DNA from: Tubiluchus corallicola
Taxonomy: Eukaryota; Animalia; Priapulida
NCBI GenBank assembly: GCA_030141605.1
Contig: JAQGDQ010000027.1
Span: forward strand, 744,001 to 808,000
Length of the DNA: 64,000 nt
Direction of reading: 5' to 3'
The stretch's first letter is position 1, and the number at the start of each line of letters is the position of its first letter. Made by a program: the position numbers and the translations under genes. A model generated the notes under the pieces. The model was given only the letters and a program-made list of their open reading frames with translations, had not been told where the DNA came from and searched no databases. Shown in pieces: positions 1 through 14,200 of the stretch.

Positions 1-1849
1 TTATAGTTATTATTATTCAGACTGACCTTATCGAAAAAAATGCAAAATAAAAAATGCGCGTACTTTAATCTCGTTTCAACTTGTTTATTTTATTCTGCTG
101 GCTGCCCTGGAACATAAAAGAAAGAATTTCAACATCTTTCTCATTTGAACAGAGGAGATTATTAGAAAACGTGATCTTTCGATAATATTTGTCCTTTGAT
201 CATAAATACGCCAATTTATTTTTCTGTACAAATGACACAAAAGAAGAACTCGGAATTCATGCTGTTTCCTCTATGATACATATACACTCTTCCTTAAATA
301 CAATAGCTGGCGGTAGATAAAACAAATGAGAAAGAATTTCCTGACAATCTCATCCATTTACCAATCAGGCCTAACACATGTGCAAGCGCCGTGACCACTC
401 AGCCACTCGCTAAAAATACCACTACTACTAACAGTATATTTACTACTTTCATTTTTTATGTATTTTGATGCCTTTGTAAATTCATAAATAAGGCTCAAAA
501 ATTCGTCTTGAAATTTTGTATCACTTCCATGCTGTCATTGCACACGGAGCTTGCCTTAGCAGTAAGTCAACGGTAGATCGTTTGAAACAAGTTTAGATAA
601 TATTGAGTAAATTTGCATATTAATCAGTGCATTCGTAACATCATCTTCCCCAGCTGAGCAAGAGTTCAAGTTACTGAATTTTGCTAATAAGATTAATAAA
701 ATGTTTTTAGTGAACCAGTGGTGCACACTGGGAAAGATGATGCAGTGACGTTTTATCAGTAGGCACGAAAAATTTTAAATTATTGAGTTACATATTTTCC
801 AGTTACATAAGACTCTCAAAGAGCTACACGTAATGCAAAGTAAATATAAGTTTGTATGGAAAGTTTTTTGGGCTTGCTTTAAAATTCCGTTTTCTACCCC
901 TTTGATCAAATTCATTAATATAAGCCTTATTATAAATTCTACATTTTAGTTAACTAAAAATTCATTTGAATAATGTACAGTCTTGTTGTAGACTGTAAGA
1001 CGAAAAGCAAAACATTTCTTGGCAAAAACTCTCACACATTTAAAACATTGGGAACTGGTTAACCCGATTTACTAGAAGGGCAGATTCCAAAATAACATCT
1101 GCCAACTTCACTTCTTGAAAGTGTGCGCTTGAACAGTATTGCTTTGGAATCTTTCCAAAATTATTAACCTATTAAAGTGTTCTTATGATAGGACTGTTTG
1201 AACGATACTGTCTATTGCATTCTTATATTTAGTATTTACTGCCATTTCAATATTAGTACTGCAGATTGTAATGCAATACTTACTATAAAGAAATCGAAAA
1301 TGGGATACCGGTCAGTACGTGAATCGTAATCCTGAGACAAAATCTCGCATCCTGTTTTACTTTCCAGTAATGTCTGGAAATTTTAAGCTAATTTATCATA
1401 AAACCCTATGTGCAAAACGTACGCAAAAAATTCTACTGGTTGCACTGCAACAACTAAAAAGAAAATGTGAAAACTAACATTAACATTATAGTTTATAAGT
1501 AATATGAAATAAAACTAATTAAGTAAATGTGCATGCATGCCAAACTGTACTAAGCTAAAGATTACACAAAAACTGATACAAAAAAACAGAAATAAAGAAT
1601 AAAATGGAATAAATGAAATGAAAAATAGTTATTAGGAATTATGCGACTTATGAGGAGGCACATACAATTAGTGTCAATGTTCCATTTTCATATTATACTT
1701 TAGTTCATTTATATTTCTATTTAGTCTTTTTGGATGTCCTTAACAGAATAAGTTAAGTTTAGCCTAACAGAATAGGTTCAACTTGCACCAAATACGTTCT
1801 TTGGGTAAAAATTGACGTGCGATAATTATCATTTTTCACTTGCTAGAAT

Positions 1850-2190
1850 TTGGCACAACACTGTTGGTGTGTTTTCAAACCCCAGAAACATCTTACTATT
1901 TTATGCTTTCCTGCTTTCATACGCTTGCCTGCGATATTACTATATTCGCAAGCTTTATTGCTTCTTTGACTTTGGATTTCATGAACAACATTATTTTATT
2001 TCTGCAAACAACCCACAAGCGCGTTATAGAAGTCCCTTGCTATATTCTTGGCAATTGCCTTTTTATTTGAGTGATGACGTCAGCAAGAGCTTTGGTCTCT
2101 TCAAGAAGCTGTGGAAAAGTAGACATACAAAGACGGGCGCGAGCACTCGCTAAATTTCAGATTGATTTTTGTGTAAAATTTCGCTACAGA
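1850..2190 (+). mobile_element. Decayed RTE-like LINE RT fragment
   Basis: TLACDITIFA (YADD-like), YILGN and SKSFGLFKKLWKSRH resemble RT domains 5-7 and the thumb. Confidence 0.45.
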
Positions 2191-5049
2191 TACCTCGGCA
2201 TCGAGTTTTCAATTTGAATGCTGCTTAATCCGCTTAATATGGTATTTGTTTTAAGGATAATTGCTTGTTTAATTAAATAAGTGCATCTTGCTGCTAATGT
2301 ATAGAAGTGGCTGAACAACATCTGGTACTGACTGCAGGCGATTTAGTGCATTAATTAAGCACATGACACTTTGGTAACAGGATGAGTGACATTTGATTTG
2401 AATGAATGCATTAATTGGGGGAATAAAAGATCCAGAAATAAAAAGAGATAGATGGACAGAGTGATGGAAACAATTAAAATAATGGATCTATAGATGAACG
2501 AATAAACAAGTATGGAAATAAAAAACCAATCCCTAACAAACAAACTAACTAACTAACTAACTAGCATACAAACAAAAGATATCCGTTAATCAATCAAAAC
2601 GCAAACTTATTTGTGATAAACAGAAAAGTGAAATTATAAAAATCTCTGCCTGACTGACTTCTGCCTCTTTTTATTGTGGTTGCTGTTGTTGCTGTTGCTG
2701 CTTCTGTTGCTGTTGCTCATACTATTAATGCTACTGTTTCTGTTTCTTTTAGTATATTTTGCTACATATTGTTGTTGCTGTTAGTGTTTTACAGCTGTTG
2801 TTGATTCAGTGACTGTTGCTATTAATGTCTGCTGTCACTGTAGTTATTGTAATCCTTGAAAACTATTGCCGTTCATGACCCAGTTCAGCGCCTTTTTTTC
2901 TACATTTGTGTCAGCCATGCTGCTTATATCACTATGAGTCCTGTAAACCTAATTGGTGGATGTAATTCGGCCTGTTCATCGACTTTCTTTCCGTGATGCA
3001 TAAAGTAACTAGGCAATCTTTCATTGTGGAAAATTTAATAAGCCAATGGTGTTTATTCAGTTAGCTGTAAATTGATTAACCAGTTTCAGGGTCTTGTATG
3101 TAATCGTACCTCTTAAGCGAAAGACTGAAGAATGACCATATAAGGGTATTGTAATATCGGGTGGCGCAAAAAATGTGCCGAAGTTTCGATCATGATAATA
3201 TAAGAAAAAAAATAACCGTTTAAAAATTACCATATTGATATTACGGACGTTTGTGTATAAACTGCAAAAATTTTAATTGATTCGCTTATATTATTTGCAC
3301 AAGGATACAGAAGTTTAAAGTGAACAATCCAAAAAATAAATGCAGTAAAAAATTTTGTATTACTTATTGACATCTACAGTAAGTTCTCTATGCGTCCACC
3401 ATTTTCAACAAACTAGTCGACTGCATTTCTCTCTACAGCTTCCTATTTGGTCCTAGCGCTCAACATTTTTTGTATTTAGTTCCTTTGCATCAAACAGCTT
3501 TTTACGCCCATTGTACGCTTTCTCTTGAAGAGAATTAGTGATACTGTAATACCAGAAGACTAAGTCCCATATTTACTTGGCCGAAATCTTTATCAGTGTT
3601 TTATTTTCTGTGTTGAAAACCATAACGTAAACTGGTTGATTTCTTTATTATTGTACTGCCGTGTATTGAGTGCTTTATACATCAACGCGACTGTTTTCCA
3701 GGTAGTGATTATAACTGACATTGCTCTGACATTTAATTTGTTAAAATTCAAAAGTTTTAGCCATAAATTAAAAACCATTAAAGCTGTAAACTTGTAACTT
3801 TCACAGCTAAAAGCTAATGTAGCGTAGTATGAAGCTATCAAATTCCAACTTTAACTGTGTGTTAAATTACCCATTTTAAAGGTTTGAGTTTCCAAGGACA
3901 TCAAAATGCATAACAAATAATAGTAGTAAATAGTACTGTGCATTTTTTGTACTTTAAGGTCAGAGTGTAATATACAGCAGTGTGAGAATAGTGAACAGCA
4001 TCGACTGACGTTTCAAAAAAAACAAGACTACTAGCTCTTTAGTTGAATTTCAAAATGATTCTCTTATTGCTGAAATGTGTCAATTGAATTCTGTCCATAT
4101 ATGTCATTATGACATTAAATTCTTAAATATCTTATATCGATATCACAAAGGAAATCTGAAGCCATTGTTCTGTAGTTACTATCTAGTTGACCCCCTTTTG
4201 ATTCTTCAAGCGTTAATACTGTACGGAATCCAACTCAATATTATCTTGAATTAAAGGTTTTCGATTACCTTGCGTGCAATGCAGCTCTTATGTTCTGCAC
4301 AAGATTAAGTGAAACCAACTTAATGCTTAAGTGTCCACCTCATAATCAAATTGCATGATGGGCCGTGAAGGTGCTACGTTTGCAAGGGGCGGACCTATGC
4401 AGCCACATAATGGGTTGCTCGCTGTACTTAACAAACCTTTTTTAACAATGGTTGGTCTTCCGAGTGTTTGTTTTAGCACGCTTAGTAATTTCTGGCCAAG
4501 GGCACCATTTCAAGACCAAGACGTCTCTTGTCACCACGGCTTAAAACAGTTATCCCCACAAGATATCATTTAAGGGTTTTGTAAACAGATAATTTCATAA
4601 AAACGCGTTGAAGACAAAAACTAAACAAGCAGCATATCTGGGATGTTTCAAAAGTCACCCAACATTTTTAAAAATCTATTTTAAAAAATTAAGAACAGTT
4701 ACAACAGGAAGGCAATGACAATTTTGTGGCGTCAGACCTGGCTACATAAGTGAACTGCCGCGATTTTTAATACGCTTATATATCAAACCCTTTTCTAAAA
4801 ATAGCCATGCAGCGATTTTGCAATCTGATAAACAGATAACATAGCAGCAGTAGAAAACGGCACAAAACTTCAAGTATAGACTTCAAAAAAATTAATTTTT
4901 GTTCATTCCTGGAGGGGCATTGTGTACAAAAAATGTCCTAACGACGTTTATGACGGTCAGCAAATAAATAAGCATGTAAGAAATTTATTTATTTATCGCC
5001 TTATCAAAAAACGATATATTTATAACAATAGCATAATTAGAGATATTTA

Positions 5050-5850
5050 TAGCTCTTTTAGAAAGTACAGAAAGTGAACGACACGCAGATATAGGTCTCT
5101 TTTTTTACAAATGTCTCTTCCAGGATGAAGTGTCAGGTGCTAGTTTGGGGAATGTTTTTTTCTGGAAGACCCTAAGAATATGTGCGAATATGATTCTTGC
5201 AAGTACATGAAGCTTGTACGTTCTTAGAGTATTGATGATAGCCACCCATACATCCCGTATAAGTACATGAAGCTTGTACGTTCTTAGGGTATTGATGATA
5301 GCCACCCATACATCCCGTATATTACTACCTAGAATAACTTTGCATCGGAAAAAAGATGTTCTCTAGAGGCTAGACACATTGCAGTCACGGGCTTTAGCTT
5401 AATGAGGAGAAGCTTACTTGGCTGACTTAACTAATGAAACCTCCCTTTCTTAGCGGCTTCTCCGCATCTTTTAACAAACCTGTAAGACTTAGTATACATT
5501 CCCGCTTGCAGAGCGCTCTTTTCACGCTCGCCTTGCAATTGCTTTACACGAATTTTCTCGGCTGGGCTCTGACTAACAACGCCATTAAATGGTCTCGGTG
5601 CACCTTATGGCTTTATAATTGCCTCTTTGCTCTTAACTCTGTATTAACGCTAGCTATCAGTCAACCTCCGGGAACGCTATGTTTTTGCTAACACGCTTTT
5701 GTCTCGTAAAATTCTTCACAGGTGTGGCTTCATCAGCCGTAGGAAGCTGTAAAATCAGTTTTACACATCGCTCCTGATAATGAAACCCTAATTGCATTAC
5801 GGTGAGCGCACAAACGTTTCCACAGTCAGACACATTTCCGAGTTCCATCA
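5050..5850 (-). mobile_element. Decayed RTE-like LINE, EN-RT linker region
   Basis: Frameshifted TADEATPVKNFTRQKRVSK, VKRA..., DAEEAAKKG and RPIS motifs. Confidence 0.4.
5201..5320. repeat. 60-bp tandem duplication (1 mismatch)
   Basis: 5201-5260 and 5261-5320 are nearly identical. Confidence 0.95.
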
Positions 5851-5949
5851 GGAGACACGAACTTGTTTCTTAACAATAAAATCATAATGTGCAATGTTGA
5901 TAAGGCTAATCAATTTAAGGTACATTTAAGAATGAAACCTCATTAGTTT

Positions 5950-6380
5950 CCTCTGCTCCTGATCTTCTTTTGTCTTATTACCTCAGTGCCATTTCTCCGC
6001 TTTCCCTTCACTTTTTCCACATTTCCATCTTCTTTCTATATATCTCTTTCTCCTACCCCAGGTGTTCTTTCTTTATATTATTCTCTCTTCGCACTATTTT
6101 CCTTCTCCTCTTTACTTTTTCCATGTTTTCTCACTTCATTTATTTCCATTCTTTTGTGTCCTCCTCTCTCTCTTTCTCTCTCTGTCTCTCTTTTTTCCTC
6201 TCTTCCCCTACTACTTCTCTTTAACTCTCCTCCCTTTTTCCCTTCCTCCACATCTATCTTTTTCTTTTTCTTTATTTTCCCCTTTCCTCTCTTTTCTCCG
6301 TTCTTCCCCACTTCTCTTTCTCTCTCCTTCGCTCTTGTCTCCCTTCCTCCACGCCCTCCCTCTCTCCCCTTCTCACTTCT
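5950..6380. repeat. Polypyrimidine/polypurine low-complexity tract
   Basis: ~430 nt of nearly pure C/T on the + strand. Confidence 0.95.
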
Positions 6381-6442
6381 GCCATCATGTTTACATACTA
6401 TTACGTAACATGTAAGCAATTGGAAAATTCGAAAAACGAAAG

Positions 6443-6554
6443 TCAGTTTCTGTGAAGTAGCCGTGCATTAACCTTATCAAACGGATAAATATTTTATTGT
6501 TCTGAGTTCGTGTTATATATTTTCCGCGACCTCCTAAAATAAATTATTTAGACG
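6443..6554 (+). promoter_or_regulatory. Putative TSS / non-coding first exon of the STAC-like gene
   Basis: Inr-like TCAGTT at 6443 and strong donor ACG|gtaagt after 6554. Exon A1 has an acceptor before its ATG, so an upstream UTR exon is required. Confidence 0.35.
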
Positions 6555-7084
6555 GTAAGTGAGATTTTGGTCGTTGTTTTACCATCAAACGAGCAGTTGC
6601 CTACCGCAGACATGTGTGCGATGATTTTACAACTCATGAAGCGTTAAATAAATCATTACAAGACTTCTTTGGCCATTTCGCAGCACGCAAAAAAATGACG
6701 CATGAAATTGTTGTCACAAAAATGGGTTTTCTCGAAAGCCCATGCAGCAAGAACGTTCATTTGACAGTGAAACAGCGAGGTTCAAGTTAGCTGATGCTAC
6801 TATGCGAATTTTATACTGTATGTTAAACTAAGTTATACTAGCCCTATTTCTCATATACAAAGTACAATTAATAACGTTAGTACTTCAAAATCTGAAAATA
6901 CACATCTGTAAGATAAATATATATGTGCGTTATTTTTCTTTCTCACGAATATAGCCATCGATGTTGCATTAATAAAACACGAAAGCGTCAGCCTGTTACA
7001 ATAGAGATCTTAGGATTCTTTGCTGCTGAAATGCGTTAATTATTATTCATTTCGTAAGAAAGAAGTAACTGAGTAGTTAAATTT

Positions 7085-7335
7085 ACGACTTAATTCAGCG
7101 AGGATTCCTCGCGAAAATGGAACATGCAGTATTTCTACTATGCACCAAAATTCTTCACGAGGAGGACGCATAGCTTCTAGCTGGCGACAGAATTCCTCGC
7201 GAGGAACTGCACGGGGAATTTTGCCGCGCGTCCGTACTGTGAAATGAGCCATAGAAAATAATGTGTTCCGTTTTTGTGAGGAATACCGCAAGGAATCTCT
7301 CCATGAGGTATTTTGCTGCGCGTCTTCACCGGAAA
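7085..7335. repeat. Cluster of palindromic (TTCCTCGCGAGGAA)-like repeats, probably a DNA transposon subterminal region
   Basis: GCGAGGATTCCTCGC, AATTCCTCGCGAGGAA and variants recur about 6 times. Confidence 0.5.
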
Positions 7336-7809
7336 AGCAACCTTATTTCCCATTTTTTTAGAAATCCAGTAAGGATTTACGTGAGCTACCCGTAACTTAA
7401 GTCTTTGTAGAAAAATTTATTTTCAGTCTTTCGATGACAAAACATTTTTTAGTTTATCACTGTTAAATTTCAACTTCAACAAGCAAGTCACTAAAATATT
7501 TCAATACTGATTTTCAACTTGTCTCATAAACCTTTTTAACACATTCTGATTTGTTTTAAAAGTGTTTACGTGTGGATATGACAAACCATTTACACAATTT
7601 AAAGACGGCGATTTTAGTAATTTTATAATTAATATAAGTTTATTGACGAACTGCACAATACAATACAGAAAACAATGTACATAAAGAATCACACATCACA
7701 CAAAGCATCTTAACACTTGGGTATAATCGTCACATTGAAAAACAGTAAAAATTAAACAGTTTACAATATTTACACGTTTATAAAAATAATGTAATTACAA
7801 TAATGTGCT

Positions 7810-8200
7810 TTTGCTATCAAATGAATAAGTTTTTATTTTCCTTCTTTCAAAACAGTTTGTAATATAATTTGAAACTAAGTTTGCATGTTCACAATCAATT
7901 CCATTCAGAAGAAATATAAATCATTCCTCTACGATGAGATTCATAAAAGTTTTGGAAAAATTTCATTGATATGACAGAACATTATAATAGTTACATTCCA
8001 GATTTAAATGCCTTTCGTTGTCAATTCTTTTATCATTACAAAAATGATTAATGTCTGTTGCTAAGGGGGATTTTAAGTTTTTTGTGTCGGCCTTTCTCAA
8101 TAAGGAGGTTGTGTGAACTAAGACGCAACTTTGTAAAGTTTGTTTTTTGGATTTTTTATTAGCAACAAATGTCTTATAAACTAAAGCTATGTTGTTAAGG
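7810..8200 (-). mobile_element. 3' end of a LINE (RTEX/Tx1-like C-terminal Zn motif)
   Basis: Minus strand reads TKLRLSSHNLLIEKGRH ... FCNDKRIDNERHLNLEC, followed by an AATAAA tail. Confidence 0.7.
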
Positions 8201-8967
8201 AATCACGAAGTACAGAAAAGGAGGTAGCTGCATGTAAAGTGTAAAAATTTGATAATTAAATGCTTTGCTGCGCGTCATTTCAAATATGGTGGTGTCGGAC
8301 ACTTGCAGGTAATATTACATCGGACAGTTGGCAGGGTACCGTCGGACGTAATTAACAACTTTGTGATGATTGCATTTAAATTCTTTAAATGGTTTAAAAC
8401 ATCGAAATTGTTCAGTGACGACATAAGAGAATTTTTATAATATAGAATAGGCAAGCGCCATTGTCCTCACAGACATTTTCTCCGTGTTGTTCAATTGTGA
8501 ATAATATGCATTGAATGGCAGATTGCATTTGATGATAGCTCCACTGCTGAAGTTTTCTCCTCGTATTCTTTAAGTTTTTTATATTTGCAGCATTTTTACC
8601 AGCCGTTTCGATAACGGTTTTCTCCCTATGCTTTTAAAACAATGAAAATCATATCATTTTTACATTTTGGCTCAAAAAGCCAAAAAAAAATCAATGTTAT
8701 TTACCTACACAAACAATTAATTCCGGGGAAAAGTCGGACACAAACATCAAATTGTCCGACCTTAACCCTATCTTTCTTCTACGACTATTTATCCTTTCAA
8801 ACTGTGATTTCAATACTTTAATTCTTTTCGATACTTGAAAATGTTTATTTAGAGTCATAGAGTCATACGGACACTCGAAGAATTTATTGACGCCCTTTAA
8901 ATACATTAGAACCTACTGCTAATATTTATTTTTGTACTTCTTTTTTTTCCTGCAGTCTATTGGCATC

Positions 8968-9097
8968 ATGGTGATTAACACCCATGATCGACACTGCTCC
9001 TCTGCGAAGATGGACCTTTGGAAAAAAGCCTTCCGCGGCTTGAAAACTGTGAAATTTAAAATAGCAGAACTGGCAGCAGAAGACGTCCAAGATTCAG
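8968..9097 (+). CDS. STAC-like gene, coding exon A1 (MVINTHDRHCSSAKMDLWKKAFRGLKTVKFKIAELAAEDVQDS)
   Basis: Acceptor ttttttttcctgcag ends at 8955, ATG at 8968, donor G|gtaaat after 9097 (phase 1). Phase-compatible with the downstream exons. Confidence 0.7.
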
Positions 9098-9126
9098 GTA
9101 AATATCTTAAAACAAAGTTAGGTAAT

Positions 9127-9560
9127 GCGAAGTGAAGTGGAGTGAAATAAAGTGAAACGAAGCGAAGTGAAGTGAAGTGAGGCGAAGCGCAGCGAAGTGA
9201 ATTGAAGTGAAGTTAAGAGCAGTGAGATGAAGTGATGTGATGTGATGTGATGTGATATGAAGTGGAGTGGAGTGGAGTGCAGTGGAGTGGAGTGAAGTGA
9301 AATGAAGTGAACTGAGATGAAGTGAAGTGAGACGAAGTTAGGTGAAATGAAGTGACCTGAGATGAAGTTAGGTGAAATGAAGAGAAACGCTGAAGTGAAG
9401 TGAAGTGAAGTGAAGTGAAAAGAAGTGGAGTGAAGTGAAGTGAAGTGAAATGAAGTGAAGTTAAGAGCAGTGAAGTGAAGTAAAGTGAGGTGAGATAAAG
9501 TGAAGTGGGGTAAAGTATAATGTAGTGTAGTGAACTAAAATGAAATTGGAGCAAAGTAAA
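9127..9560. repeat. (GTGAA)n degenerate pentanucleotide microsatellite
   Basis: Directly visible; explains ORF 9213-9554. Confidence 0.95.
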
Positions 9561-10589
9561 GTCAGTTTATTCTACATTGTAAAAACACAGTTTTTATCTT
9601 ACTTAAATTTACTATAAAACAGATAATATGCAAAGAGTAAACTTAATAAAACTGTTTTTTATCAGAGTAAACAGAATACAATTTTTGACATCTTTAACGT
9701 TTCCCACATATTTTGCAGGAAAAAAACAACGCTCGAACAACAATTCTTTGCATTTTAACATTACCATACAACATACGCGCCTTATTTAAAACTGCAGAAG
9801 AATTTAAATCATTCTTCTCTCCCGCCAAACGAATCTCGTTACGGCAGATTTGAAAAAATAATTTGACATAAGCTGGTGGACATGTGTTTAATTTCGTTTA
9901 TGTAAAAATTTGTCACGGGATCAATTAGCAACATCCCTAAAGTGCTTACAATGCTTTAATCCACATCGTTATAGCTCAAAATGCTTGGACAATCTAATTG
10001 CAGATAAACATGGAATTCTGTGGGGCTGCTATAATAGGTGCCCGACGGATAACTTAGCTTATAGAGTTCAATTTTGGCTTGTTAAAATAATTTGCTTCGG
10101 TTACTTTTTCAACGTTAACTAGCCGAGTTGGAGGTGGTTATATTTATCGTCGGTAGCTGGTTTTCATTACGTAGTGCGCAACGAGATCCATCTCAAAGCA
10201 AGAAATATCATTAATGGTTTTTCAATTAACGTTTTGGATTGTTTGTGGTTGATAATAGTAACTGCAGCTGCAAAAAAGTTTGCTCGAGCTCTTGGGGACA
10301 CGTGTTTATACTGCACGGTAACCGAATGACGTCATCTTTTGCTGAAAATAAGTTTCCAAGCATGTAGTCATCACAATTTTAAATTGGTTTTATTGAGTGT
10401 AAATTTTCAAATTACTTTTCTCAAAATATGAAAGAAAATTAAACTTCCCGAAAGCCTTGACTTTTCCCTTAAACTTAGTTACAAGTAGATCTCCTATTTG
10501 CGTCACAAAACAACGTACTACATGGCAAACACTTTGAACTCCTCGGATATACATATGTTATACAAGGAGTAAGTTCTTGTGTTTTTCAG

Positions 10590-10658
10590 AGGAGAGTGAA
10601 CAAGAAACGGACATGGTTGGAACAGTATTACTTAGTACCACATTCAGGCCTTCATTAG
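10590..10658 (+). CDS. STAC-like gene, exon A2 (EESEQETDMVGTVLLSTTFRPSL)
   Basis: gtttttcag acceptor, G|gtaagt donor, 69 nt, phase 1-1, open frame. Confidence 0.65.
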   Translation, partial: RRVNKKRTWLEQYYLVPHSGLH

Positions 10659-12634
10659 GTAAGTTATTTCAACTAAGCCTGTGTTATGTATAAAGTGCAC
10701 TTTGATCACAAAATTTATATCACTCGCGCTAACTATTAAAATCATAAAATTTTAAGCATAGCATGCTAACAGGATATCTGGTTAAGCTTTTAACTACACT
10801 GTGTACTAAGCCCTAGGCTCTGCAGAGAGCTTTATGCTGTTTCTAACTTAATTAGTAAAATCGAAAGTGAAAGCACACGATAGCTGTTAACTTTCCTGCT
10901 CTTTCTTTGCACATTTGCTCTACAGATGGAGCTGCTGAGTCAATCACACAGTCAATAAGACACTGCGGGAAGCCAGACTGCATGTTGTGATGACTCACCG
11001 TGCGTTTGCGAACAGGTTCTTCATACTTTTTAGTTCAATTCAGTCACGTTTAAATGAAAATATCTGCAAAATAGCAGCTATTATTGTACTAACGGATTTC
11101 ATTGATTCGAGCACCCGATAAAAAGCGGCAAAACCCATTCCAAACATATCTAGCTTTTCTCTAACCCAGGGCAAATAGGCATTTTTGATGTTCACCCCTG
11201 ATTACATTTTCATAAAAGAACAACATTGTGAAGAAAATGTGATCATTGACTCGACAGAAGGAGCTACAGTAGCTTGTTTTATTTTGGTGCATGTTATAAT
11301 TGATTTTCTGAACGGTCAATTTAGTGATAGCAGTTGTGCTGATGCTTTGAAATACTTCAGTGAGGCTACGAAGGGGGAAATTAGGCTTAACAGAAAAATT
11401 GGAAAAACAAGTTAAAGGTGTACAATTGCCGTTCTTTTGACTGCCACTTAAAAAGTACAGTTCTGTTCAACGATTTATTTAGTCTCTTACAACAGAACCA
11501 ATAAAATAAAATGAGCACAAGTAGACTGGCAACATTAACCGAGGCGCGTGTTCTCTATATCATCGATTAAAAATGTCCCAAAAATTAAGAAAGCTGCATC
11601 TTTGTGGTGGGCAATTGCCGTAGCTTATTATACAAGAAATGCCCTGTGAATTGCCGATGGATTCCAATAGGATGAGAACAGCTTTGGGCTAGAAAATTGC
11701 TCTCTGTTTCTGTAGATGGAAAAATAACTTTAAAAGCTCTGCATCATATTTGAAACGTAAGCTGAATTAATGAAATTAACTTAAAAGTTTCTACATGAAA
11801 AAGTTGAATATCGAATATTGTAGTTTAAAGGAAATACTAAGTGATTATTTTCGACTTTAGTGTTACAAGCCATTCGGTAATATGAGATAAGCTGCCACAA
11901 TCAACAGCGAATTTCGATATATTTGCCTAGTACTACTCCTAATAATAGTACATAGTGGTTTATTAATAGTAATAATAATAGTAATGTAACAAAGAATATC
12001 TTGTTACGCGGAATCAAACATATTGCCAGTAGAACAACAACATCCATCTTATGTCCAAACAAGTCGTTTGACATTACTATAAAGCAAAAATAAAAAAATA
12101 AATAAAACACACACAAAAAAGCCAATTGAAATCGCATGTCAGACCAAAAATGTACAACCGTGCTAATATGTTAACTGAACTGCAAAAACATGTCAAACGT
12201 TACTGTCTATTTAACTGCTTCGCTCTAGAAAGACAATTATGACATATAGTTGTGAGCTCTTCGGGTGGAGTCGAGTCCATAAAGGCATCTAATGAACTAA
12301 ACTCCGCTTCATCATCAGTTCTTAGATCACTAGTGTAACTACAATGGTACATCTACATGGCACTAGAATTTTTCAGTAGTTTTAGTCGGCTAATAATAAT
12401 ACTGCAATTTACAAAAGAAAATTTCGTACATAAACTAAGTAAATAAAAATGTTTTGTTTTGTAAGTACACATAGAAAGTAAATCCCTGTCTTGACAAGAA
12501 AGCTCAGACATTGGCATTACGTAAAATTGAAAAAAATAACCAGAACATTTGTAGTGCACACATTACTAACTAGGAAAAAGTATAAATTTCCTTTTCTTCT
12601 GAACAAAATTAATATTTTTGATCTTTTTGGATAT

Positions 12635-12837
12635 TTTTGGTGAACCACTTGTGCACACTGCGATAGTGAACCAGTGACATTTTGCCTGTCGGCGCGAATT
12701 AATTAATTAAATTACTAAGATCACTCGTTTCTGGTCACGAAGTCTTCCAAACAGGTATGTTTAGGTAAAGTGAAGCGATATAACATTCTATGAAAGTTTT
12801 TTGGACATACTTTAAAATTCCCCTTTCTTTCCCTTAA
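12635..12837. mobile_element. Interspersed repeat end (Kolobok-like, ends CCCTTAA); second copy at ~705-905
   Basis: Both loci share TGAACCA.T.GTGCACACTG ... GAAAGTTTTTTGG.C.T.CTTTAAAATTCC. Confidence 0.5.
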
Positions 12838-13909
12838 ATGCTATATTGTTTGTGTAAGCCTATACCAGTAGAAACAGCTGAACTGAAACACCTTCCCTGA
12901 CTTGATAAATAGAGCAGAGGAAAGCAAAAGCAAAACACACAGAAATTGTTTTGCCAATGTAATTTGATATTTATTCTGACTTTCTCTGCTTCGACGGAAC
13001 CATTATAACAAAAGCTTTACAGCTGGCGTATGTTTTGCCTGAGAAAATAAATAAGGATAGCCACCGCCTGGAAAGTAATGACTTAGTTTGACAGAAAACA
13101 AAGAACAGATCCCTAGAGTTTTCAGGTGTTGACCTTCTTAAATTGCAAAAGTGAAAGTGGAAGAACAAAGAATGGCGGCAAAATATTTGACGTGCTGAAC
13201 AATTATTGAGGAAATGGGCAAATTTAATAAAAAAAAACAGGAAAAACGATCTTCCCAAACTGCTTGTGGTGTGTAAGAAAAATTGCACAAAACTTAGGAT
13301 GCAGTCGGTTTAGCTAATAGAAAAACTTATTTGTGCAGCAATTCTGTATAATTGCTCATAATGTTTAAATGCATGTAGTTTAATAAAAATTGAAATAAAT
13401 TTCTGTAGTATGCCCAAACTGCATTAAACTGAATTAAATAAAGTAATTTTATTACCGCAAAGGAAACGGAAGTTCAGGTTGTGTTATAACACGGTTAATG
13501 CGAAAGTCTGAAAAAGCAGCTTTTATGGTTATTACAGAAGAAGAAAATGTTGCAGTTTAGCTTTAAACAGTATTTAGGTAAACTACGAACGCCAACATAA
13601 GGCTTCTGCAGACTACCTGGCTATAAACCGAAGATAATAATAATTGATAATAATAATACAAAAAACGCATGTGAAAAATTCAAAACTGGTCATCAATCTT
13701 GCTGTATTCTACACAATTCATTATAGCAACAGTTTATTAAATCAACCTCTCGCTTTGCAATACAATAGAAATTTACTATAAGATGATTACTCAGCAACTT
13801 ACCATGTAAATTGTTATTACTCTTGTTAATTAAATGTTGTTTTTACGAATTAATATGTAAAATGTTCATGCATAGAAGCTTAATGCATTTTCTGCGAATT
13901 GCATTTGAG

Positions 13910-14200
13910 CCGCTTATTTTATTTATTTATTTTATTTCACATTCATTAAAATATATATTAAAAAATAAACCATAAAGCAATAAAAAAACATGAATGTAGC
14001 TGCTTGCATACGCCTATCATACACAAGGCATTTATCAAAATTCAAAAATTTCAATCTATTTTTGAAAAGTTGAGAATTGCCTGCGGTGACCAAAAGTGCG
14101 TCATTTACTGAACTGGGTCAAGAATTCCATATTTGAACAACACGGTTGGAGAAGAAAAACCCAAAAACCTTTTTTTATTCGTTCATGACCTGATCTAATG
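13910..14200 (-). mobile_element. CR1/L2 LINE 3' end remnant
   Basis: FFFSNRVVQIWNS*P ... FKNRL, followed by an (AAAT)n-like tail. Confidence 0.7.

Noticed and set aside
5970-6419. Four overlapping ORFs (F/S/L-rich and K/E/R-rich)
   Set aside because: Artifacts of the CT-rich tract, which lacks stop codons.
9213-9554. 113-aa TSLHF-repeat ORF
   Set aside because: Translation of the (GTGAA)n microsatellite.
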